A stretch of DNA of 64,000 nucleotides, taken from contig MKUM01000066.1 of NCBI GenBank assembly GCA_001897825.1, forward strand, positions 8,687 through 72,686. The letters run 5' to 3'. The notes under the pieces are model-generated. The model was not told where the DNA came from, did not search any database, and worked only from the letters and a program-made list of their open reading frames with translations. Position 1 is the first letter of the stretch. Every line of letters starts with the position of its first letter. Below are positions 20,601-27,131 of this stretch, one piece after another. The position numbers and the translations under genes were made by a program. This stretch comes from Candidatus Amoebophilus sp. 36-38 (GTDB taxonomy: Bacteria > Bacteroidota > Bacteroidia > Cytophagales > Amoebophilaceae).

Positions 20601-22584
20601 AACTTTCTACTGGGTAGTCAAACAACCTAGCTAACTCTGCTCCCCTGGTTTGAATATATTGTACCGCTTGCTGAGCTGCAAATTCTGCTACTTTTTTAAA
20701 GCCTGGTTTTACGATTGTCTTTCTCTTCTCAAACCTTGCAATTATTTTGGTGAGCTCCTCGTATGCTTCCTTTAATCCACTTATTTGTAATTTCTTAGCT
20801 TCGTAGCTTGGTTCATATTTCTCATCTTCCTTTTCTAATCGTTTCTCATATAAGGGAACATACATTTCCTCACAATATAAGCTTGCGGTAAATTCAGGGT
20901 TAGTTCCATAGCCTTCTATATCCTTTATGGCAGAGCTTATCTGAGACTTTATCTCTCTTGCTTTTACTATTACCTTATCGATATCTTCATGATTATCAGG
21001 ACTATCGTTATGAAGCTCGCTTAATTTGTAGAGCACATCCGCCTCTTGTTGGATACTTCCCTCTATTTTCTTTAAAAAAATACGCCACCCCTCTAACTTT
21101 TTTGCTGAATTGTATAATTCCCAGAGTTCCTCCACATCTCGGCTCCAACTACTTGAATCACATGTAAGTCTACGATATTCTTTCCGTAATGTGCCGTATT
21201 CATCTTTTAAATTTCCTTCTTGTTCATAAATCTTGTCTATAGCCATTTTTACTTCCTTCAGAAATTCTTCTATTTCTTTTAGGCCATTTAAAGATATTGA
21301 ACCTTTGCTAGTCTTGTCTTTATATTTATCAATTACTGCTTTCTTAATATCGCTAATCTCACTATAAATCCTACTATTCCATGCAGCTATTTCTTCTTTA
21401 AAACGTCTGCGTGCTTCAGCTTCTGCTTGATGTCTATCTTCCCATTCTTTGTCTTTTTGTCGTTTCCATGCTTCCATTTCTTGGTGCACTTGGGCTCCTC
21501 TAATATCAGACGAGTACTCGCTTCTTGGAGTAGAATTAGAAGTCCTAGTTGATTGAGAAGAAGTTGGGAAACTAGTAGATTGAGACGAACTATTGTTAGA
21601 AGTAGATTTGGGAGTTCTAGGATGTTTTCCCTTGCCTGGACATACCCATTTGCCAGGATTATCTGGATCAGGCCTCATTTCATCTTCCCCAAATTGACAA
21701 CCTCCTTTCCCATCTTGCTTCTTTTTGCTACCCCCCTGTTTTTTCATTCCTCCCAATCCTCCCCTCTTCCCTATATACACATACCCTTTCCCATTAGCTC
21801 CTCGCTCAGGAAATATTACTTCTATGTGGGCTTGCTGTCCCACTACACTATAATTTTTAAGCTTTGATATATTAAAGCCTGGCTCTACATAAACTGGTAA
21901 GCTTAGACTGGGTCTAGTAAATCCTATGAATAATTGCTCGTTGACAACAGCTATTAACTGATCTTCTACAAGCATTAGATTTAGTTGGTGGCCTCCTTGG
22001 GCTGTAAACGTTAGACAATCTAGCTCTTCTATTAGCAATTCAGGTGTATCCGCATGAGAAGATATTTGAGGAGAGGCAAACACTTTCGTTTGCCTTGTCC
22101 GTTTATGTTGAGCTTGCTTTCTATGAGCATCTAAGTTGTTACATTTGCCTAATCTTGCAGATGGCTTAGGCTTAATAGTTAATTCTTCCTGCTGTTTGGG
22201 CTGACTACTGGGAAGTATGTTCCGCTGTTCCCCTACTAATGTTGTTGGCTCATTCTTTATAATAATAGACGACTTTGCATTGGTTATTGGTCTTTGGGAT
22301 ACAATGGGCACTGCACTAGGGTTAGCTTCAATCAACGCCAACCTTTTATCTTCAGTAAGCGATATGGATGGAATTTCAGGAAGTTCTCGTGTACGTTTTG
22401 CTATAGTGCTATTGTCTTTAGAATGCTCTAGCTTGTTCCGCTGCTTATTAACTTTTTTTTCTACATCTACTAGTTCTTGCCCGCTAGGCACGTTTGAGTT
22501 AATGCAACTAGTTAGGACTTGGCTAACAAGCAAGATAAAAGCGATAATTCTCTTAGAAACCGTAATCTGATTAGGCTTACACAT
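17641..22584 (-). CDS. Giant coiled-coil lipoprotein with polymorphic-toxin-like architecture
   Basis: Lipobox LLVSQVLTSC, then the shared domain (aa 186-282), Ser-rich linker, about 900 aa of repetitive coiled coil and an E/K-rich tract. The conserved block ends VKVEE (aa 1527) and is followed by a 120-aa variable C-terminal domain. Confidence 0.75.
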   Translation of the reverse strand: MCKPNQITVSKRIIAFILLVSQVLTSCINSNVPSGQELVDVEKKVNKQRNKLEHSKDNSTIAKRTRELPEIPSISLTEDKRLALIEANPSAVPIVSQRPITNAKSSIIIKNEPTTLVGEQRNILPSSQPKQQEELTIKPKPSARLGKCNNLDAHRKQAQHKRTRQTKVFASPQISSHADTPELLIEELDCLTFTAQGGHQLNLMLVEDQLIAVVNEQLFIGFTRPSLSLPVYVEPGFNISKLKNYSVVGQQAHIEVIFPERGANGKGYVYIGKRGGLGGMKKQGGSKKKQDGKGGCQFGEDEMRPDPDNPGKWVCPGKGKHPRTPKSTSNNSSSQSTSFPTSSQSTRTSNSTPRSEYSSDIRGAQVHQEMEAWKRQKDKEWEDRHQAEAEARRRFKEEIAAWNSRIYSEISDIKKAVIDKYKDKTSKGSISLNGLKEIEEFLKEVKMAIDKIYEQEGNLKDEYGTLRKEYRRLTCDSSSWSRDVEELWELYNSAKKLEGWRIFLKKIEGSIQQEADVLYKLSELHNDSPDNHEDIDKVIVKAREIKSQISSAIKDIEGYGTNPEFTASLYCEEMYVPLYEKRLEKEDEKYEPSYEAKKLQISGLKEAYEELTKIIARFEKRKTIVKPGFKKVAEFAAQQAVQYIQTRGAELARLFDYPVESYDVEVRPKEGKNIVSYQEFEAVFPDNETASIEKFLEIMEAVIVGKGRGMQDSEATRINFKLKSSEPLKLAAIDLMNYNAFVEGSNKELEKAIEKVNQLIKEGTNSAAIVEEGNKFRKKLQEVIQRLRDYKTKQDKKENLDYLLGMEKEMEEKIKLEEHKIFIKNINEEVDRAGARTGELAKSGNDPLATIQEANKFKDKLEEMIERVRRYEHNRDKIIGNLRGIIKEVEQIINEQKEKLDKLEKEKKAEETKIRKEWDKLLDEVQEKFGHLKINSLEEGLRAQEQFKAYETIVKSYEKYSFISRSSLKQVLEEFEKGYKKVAEILESYQDKANYDALIDEGNREIGPLAEELNRLQDERVDEAVIVAKAKEVKPKIEAAIRRLEELQTKQDKSGSLANLQEAKSQVEGVIRDYSQRKGLLAKYKSALQQAAQYIKKQLDEEKEEIARKTGKPVEKYSLTIAPKPGLNLSKLQELFPDENNKVDLQKLLDTVDIEVEILPEEGTTSRGEKEDKEGAGKEKEEDVATNRENEDKGKEKEQEEKEEEKGEARKNEEEAKKKVEEEAKKKAEEKDKQSTEAAVKEKLVTEIKAHLTACEKDADFTKLREGLLMIQENIKQNPNSVLLKALHKEQLANFHSHPLYQQSIELGIQVAVLRREAEEKSNDELIRTAGTRYNTSAGVAKAHEYKQEADAIKKEILEPLRAALGCPNTPRGERRTAEGIKGFGESFYDTGKTFLVDLPILLAKVEVKEIESLIKWGDKLGVKEGCINLGKACKALFDQVKQDWEDPDAYEARMQAVRELEKRQDLFRRAFDAENYHLGQDRIIGYAGAEMIQFLFGGEILKGAAKGASKGAQFFRKVQQGVKVEEGVVEGVKLVERAAEGAKLMEEGKKLGEMGKGIQIGEEAIKMGEYKVTKAVAENIGTRPYINSPSTIIDIMKSGEGVPDMYFKGGMNYKVLGSFQSSKGIFELGINPETNMIYHFVFKALK

Positions 22585-22719
22585 CGTCTACTATTTTTAA
22601 AGAGTTATTACCAACCAACCATCCTATTAAAAAATGAACTAAAATGTCCATAGGACTTATAGTTAGACAATTTATTTGCAATATGCAACAGATAAGCAAT
22701 AAAAAGTTATAAAAATGTA

Positions 22720-22749
22720 ATAGAGCTCTTGCAAAACCAAGAACTCTAT
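22720..22749. repeat. TIR-only hairpin (atagagctcttgcaaaaccaagaactctat)
   Basis: Both MITE termini abut with no core. Lies just downstream of the pepN stop. Confidence 0.6.
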
Positions 22750-22774
22750 TATAGATGGTAATTATGCTACTGAT

Positions 22775-25285
22775 TTAATCTTCTTTTATATCAGCCAGTA
22801 ATTTCTTAACAGCTTTTGTCTTGGGCATTCTTTGTAGCGCATGGTAGGCTGCTGAACGGATACGTACCATCTTCTCCTCTTTTAAAATATGTTCCAATAG
22901 TACGAATGTCTCTTCTTGTTGAGCTAGATTTCCAATTACACAGACATAGTCTACTAAATAGGTTAGCAAAGACTCGTATCCAAGATGCGTATAAAAATCG
23001 GTAGTCTTTTTTTTGAGCCACTCGTACTTATCCGTTTTTTTAATATGCGTATAATATTTTGCCAGACTGGTAATCATGTGGATATCCTCATATTCTTCGA
23101 AACTTAGTAAAATAGTGTCTTTGATGCTTCCTTGCTCCTCATTACTATACATACCATAGGCATATAACGCAGCACTTGCTACACGATAAGAAGAGTCCGC
23201 TAAGCTTTTTTCATAAACATCTAAATAGCTATCAGGATTTGGTAGAGAACTCAGTGTGTTGATTGCCGCCTCACGAACCCAACTATGTGCATCTTGAATA
23301 GTAAGATCTGTAAGAATATTCTCTATAATCGTGTGGTATTTTCCCTGTTGGTGGTAGCCTTCAAAAGCTTCGATGGCCATTATTTTGAACATCCAATAAC
23401 TATCGTCTTCTAACACCTCTTTGAAAAAGTCTTCATAATCAAAACGATCTATTTTAGCAGTATTGAAGTAATTGATCACTTCATATTTAGCAAAGAAATC
23501 TTCATAATGACTATATAGATACCGATATGCTTGGGTAGTAGTTTGGGGATGTTTCAGTTCAGCTACTAACAGGCTATTTCTATCTATATACACCAGTTCT
23601 GGTCGTTGAGAAACAGACCAACTAAATTCTTGATAAGGTTTATCGATCGTTATATGATGTCGCTCTTTCACTCCTTTTACCCAAACATCAACGGCTACAG
23701 GTAGTCGATAAATAGGGCTTGGAGCACTTTGTTTTTGCCATACTTTCAAAACTAATTTATCATTTGCATAAGTATGTTCTGTCTGAAGTATCGGGTGTCC
23801 TGGAGCTAGGAACCATTGATTGAAAAACCAGTTAAGATCTTGACCGCTCACTTCTTCAAATACTTTTCGAAGCTGATGAATATCTGTAGAAGAAAAGGCA
23901 TATTTTTTAAGATATTGACTCAATGACTGTAAGAAGGCCTCCTCGCCCAAATATGTTTTGAGCATGTGTAAGATAAGCGCACCTTTGTGATAACTATGGC
24001 TATCAAACATTTCAATGGGAGAAATATAATGATCCCTGATCACGCTAACTTGCCTTAATTGAGCTTCCTTTAAATAGTGTTCGATACTTTTTAATATAAG
24101 TCGATCTCTTTCATAGCTACCATGTTTATGTCCGTACCATAAGTGGGACCCTAACGTAGCAAAAGCTTCATTCAGAGTAAGCTGGCCCCAGGACTCACAA
24201 GTAACTAAATTACCAAACCAGTGATGAAATAATTCATGGGCAATGATCTCTTCCCGGTCAATGTTATCTAACAGGGCCCGATCATCTCCTTGGATGTTTT
24301 CAGTAAGAACAACTGCCGTCGTGTTTTCCATAGCTCCCACCATATAATCACGGACGATCACTTGGCTATATTTAGGCCATGGATAGGGGTAGTCAAGTTT
24401 GTCTGAAAAAAAATCTAACATCTCCGTGGTATGCTTAAATATCGTTAATGCCTGTTTTTCATAGGCGGGTTCTACATAGTAAGTAACAGGAATTTCGTTC
24501 CAGTCATCTTGTATTTCAGCAAACTCTCCTACAGCTAACATAAATAAATAGGGTGCATGCGGGAGATCCATCCGCCAATAGTCTGTACGGGTTTGATCAT
24601 CGTTGAGGGTCGTGTAAACCAGCGTGCCATTAGACAAGGTTTTGAAGTTGTCTTGTACAGTAATGTAGGTCTCTTGGGTACATCGTTGATTAGGTGAATC
24701 GATCGTAGGAAACCAATATGAGTTGGTATTAGGCTCACCTTGCGTCCAAATTTGTTGCAGCTTATTTGGGCCTGTTCCACGAGCATGGATAAAACACAAT
24801 CCTTGGTTGCTGCCCAATTTAAAGCTATCTTTTGCCCCCTGCTGATTAGATTGCGTGGTATAATTGATCTCTACCAGGATAGCATCTTCTTTCGTATATA
24901 AGCGATCTAGGTCAATGTTAATTTGCTGGTTATTATAGGTATAAGCAGCTTCTTTTTTCTCTTCGTTGGTCAATAGGACAACGCTATGAATAATCAAATC
25001 ACGTGCATCGAGTAACAACTGTTTTTGTGGATAAAAGTGCGGCTTAACCTGGATGGTGGCTATACCATGTAGTTGTTGGGTATCCCAATCAAATTTCACT
25101 TCTAGCTTCGTATGTATCAGATCATGTAGCTTGGTGGAAGCCGGTTGATAAGGGGAATTGTTTTGCTGGTAAACAGGCTTGGCAGGTAAGTTTGAAATAC
25201 CGACCACTTCGCTTTTAAATACTACACAAGCAAAGCAGCCGAAAAATAAGATGGTTAAGTATCTCTTGGTTAATTGTTTGAACAT
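22775..25285 (-). CDS. pepN: M1-family aminopeptidase N
   Basis: 836 aa. GAMEN exopeptidase motif and HELFHHWFG(X18)E zinc site. N-terminal signal peptide. Confidence 0.9.
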   Translation of the reverse strand: MFKQLTKRYLTILFFGCFACVVFKSEVVGISNLPAKPVYQQNNSPYQPASTKLHDLIHTKLEVKFDWDTQQLHGIATIQVKPHFYPQKQLLLDARDLIIHSVVLLTNEEKKEAAYTYNNQQINIDLDRLYTKEDAILVEINYTTQSNQQGAKDSFKLGSNQGLCFIHARGTGPNKLQQIWTQGEPNTNSYWFPTIDSPNQRCTQETYITVQDNFKTLSNGTLVYTTLNDDQTRTDYWRMDLPHAPYLFMLAVGEFAEIQDDWNEIPVTYYVEPAYEKQALTIFKHTTEMLDFFSDKLDYPYPWPKYSQVIVRDYMVGAMENTTAVVLTENIQGDDRALLDNIDREEIIAHELFHHWFGNLVTCESWGQLTLNEAFATLGSHLWYGHKHGSYERDRLILKSIEHYLKEAQLRQVSVIRDHYISPIEMFDSHSYHKGALILHMLKTYLGEEAFLQSLSQYLKKYAFSSTDIHQLRKVFEEVSGQDLNWFFNQWFLAPGHPILQTEHTYANDKLVLKVWQKQSAPSPIYRLPVAVDVWVKGVKERHHITIDKPYQEFSWSVSQRPELVYIDRNSLLVAELKHPQTTTQAYRYLYSHYEDFFAKYEVINYFNTAKIDRFDYEDFFKEVLEDDSYWMFKIMAIEAFEGYHQQGKYHTIIENILTDLTIQDAHSWVREAAINTLSSLPNPDSYLDVYEKSLADSSYRVASAALYAYGMYSNEEQGSIKDTILLSFEEYEDIHMITSLAKYYTHIKKTDKYEWLKKKTTDFYTHLGYESLLTYLVDYVCVIGNLAQQEETFVLLEHILKEEKMVRIRSAAYHALQRMPKTKAVKKLLADIKED

Positions 25286-25496
25286 ATGCTTAAAAGTACA
25301 GATTAAATTAACTAGTGATATCGAAACTAAATAAAACTAATAAATTGTCAGGCATACAGCTATAAAAATATGTATGATACTACCGACGTAGGTAATAAGT
25401 AACTCACGTTACGCAACTGACCGCTACAATAGTTATTTTCTACCTTAAGAAGCAATTAGATAAAATCTTTTTATTTAACCTTTACTTCTTTAAAGT

Positions 25497-25577
25497 AAAT
25501 TTCGCCTGCGGCGCACCTTACTTTTTTTCTACCACAAAAAAAGTAAGCAAAAAAGTCACCGCTGTGCAGAAAAAGGC
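25497..25577 (+). repeat. 81-bp repeat with a 12-bp-stem hairpin (cttacttttttt-ctaccac-aaaaaaagtaag)
   Basis: Inverted copy at 46182-46261. Flanks match as reverse complement, but the 7-nt loop has the same strand orientation in both copies. Confidence 0.85.
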
Positions 25578-25777
25578 TAAAATTTATAACTGAACCCAAT
25601 TAGCCTAAACTCTTTCCCCTTCACTACTTGTCCAGTGCATGAAAGAGATTTAACGGCCAGACATTCGGAAACAGCCCAACGCTACACATATCACCCCTGC
25701 CCCCAATCAAGTTGGGGGTAAACTCCAGCAGGGGCCACTGTCCTCATGTCTGGCTGGCCACCTTGCAAATTCTTTAA

Positions 25778-25802
25778 CGCCTTTTTTGCAAGGCGGTTTT
25801 TT
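25778..25802 (+). terminator. Intrinsic-terminator-like hairpin cgcctt-ttttgc-aaggcg followed by T6
   Basis: GC stem plus T-run read directly. Ends the structured segment 25655-25759. The same hairpin motif occurs at 46181-46198. Confidence 0.45.
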
Positions 25803-25994
25803 AACTTTTTCCTAAGCCTTTGGGGTAGAATAATGCTCAAATCCTTTCAAATTATCAGCTCAAATTAGTAATCGAGTGTATTAATTCCGTAAGATGAGTA
25901 AGTAAGGTGATACGAAAAATTTGCAATCACTCAGGGTTATAGATACTTTTGCAAAAGTATTTTATTTATATGTCAAACCAATTTCAAAATAATT

Positions 25995-26720
25995 ATGCGT
26001 TACAAATTATCAATAAACGTTTTGTTATTAGGCATACTATTATTAAGTATTAACACTACCTATGCAAAAGGTAGAAGAACCAGTAGCCGAGATGGTCGAC
26101 CTTCTTTTGGAGTTAAAGTTGGTGGAAGCTTTAATAGGACACATCTAGGATTCAGAAGATATGAAAAAATTTCTGCATGGCAGCAAGCTGGATGGTCATC
26201 TGGAAATATCTTATTTATTACGGGTGGACTAACTGGGGAATATCCATTTTCGCCACAATTTGCTGCGGCTGCAGAAGTATCGTACGAAAAAAAAGGTGAG
26301 TATTCAGTACTAGATGGGATAAAAATACAACATGAAACAATTAACCTACCTATCTCCATTAAATACTACCCTGAAAATATGGGAGAAGGGTTTAGCTTAC
26401 AAGTAGGGATTCAGCCAAGTTTCATTGTTTCTAAAAAATATTACGAATTAGAAGGAGATGCAAAGGAGGAACAAAAGGAGGTAGTTATAAAGGAAGAGGA
26501 TTTAACAGAATCCCTAATTAAGAATTACAAACATAAATCTTTTGATTTAGTTCTTGTCGGTGGGTTGGAATATACGTTTGTGACTGGCCTAAAAATAGGT
26601 ATTACCATGAGTAGGGGGCTTTTAGAACGACGAGAAAATAAAGATATGGGTGATAAATCGACCCTAACTTCTATAGGTAACCAAATTTATTTAGGATATA
26701 ATCTTGCAAAATTACTCTAG
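25995..26720 (+). CDS. Outer-membrane beta-barrel (porin-family/OmpA-like barrel) protein
   Basis: Signal peptide MRYKLSINVLLLGILLLSINTTYA. Alternating hydrophobic beta-strand pattern. C-terminal strand (NQIYLGYNLAKLL) has an aromatic residue near the end but terminates in Leu. Confidence 0.65.
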   Translation: MRYKLSINVLLLGILLLSINTTYAKGRRTSSRDGRPSFGVKVGGSFNRTHLGFRRYEKISAWQQAGWSSGNILFITGGLTGEYPFSPQFAAAAEVSYEKKGEYSVLDGIKIQHETINLPISIKYYPENMGEGFSLQVGIQPSFIVSKKYYELEGDAKEEQKEVVIKEEDLTESLIKNYKHKSFDLVLVGGLEYTFVTGLKIGITMSRGLLERRENKDMGDKSTLTSIGNQIYLGYNLAKLL

Positions 26721-26746
26721 AATAAGCAAGGCATTATAAATGTTTT

Positions 26747-26786
26747 AAGAAGTCATTGGAAAAAGCAATGACTTCTTATTTTTTTC
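26747..26786 (+). terminator. Rho-independent terminator of the porin-like gene
   Basis: 12-bp stem aagaagtcattg/caatgacttctt, 7-nt loop, then atttttttc. Confidence 0.7.
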
Positions 26787-27131
26787 GTTGATAGTAACAA
26801 TCAAATTTTTAGAATGGTCGCATAGATATATTTTAAAATTTTGCACATAGGATAATACGACTTACCCTCATTTTCTTTGACATATACGTAGCAACCCTTC
26901 GTTTATTTTTAAAATTTGGTTCATTGAGAGTCCTATTTAACTTTAATTTATCTTAAAGCTGATACGGAAAAATCAACAAATGCTAAATAATATTTTCATT
27001 AAAATATTGATTGAATACATCTATCAAATTAGAAATATCTATTGGCCACATAGCATCCCCTCTCTTTGTTGTATTGCAACCAACAATTAAACAGTTAATT
27101 GTGTACCCAATATAAGTCAAGTCATAATTCC

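Noticed and set aside
17768-22570. Nine plus-strand ORFs (69-124 aa) inside the giant toxin-like gene
   Set aside because: They are antisense to a purine-rich (E/K codon) coding strand and give S/F/L-rich nonsense proteins. No independent support.
25600-25802. SRP (4.5S) RNA or 6S RNA identity for the structured intergenic segment
   Set aside because: The SRP helix-8 signature (GGAA tetraloop closed by GUCC/GGA with the AGCAGCC motif) is not reproduced; only a loose ggaaacagcc resemblance exists. I cannot support any named RNA family by eye.
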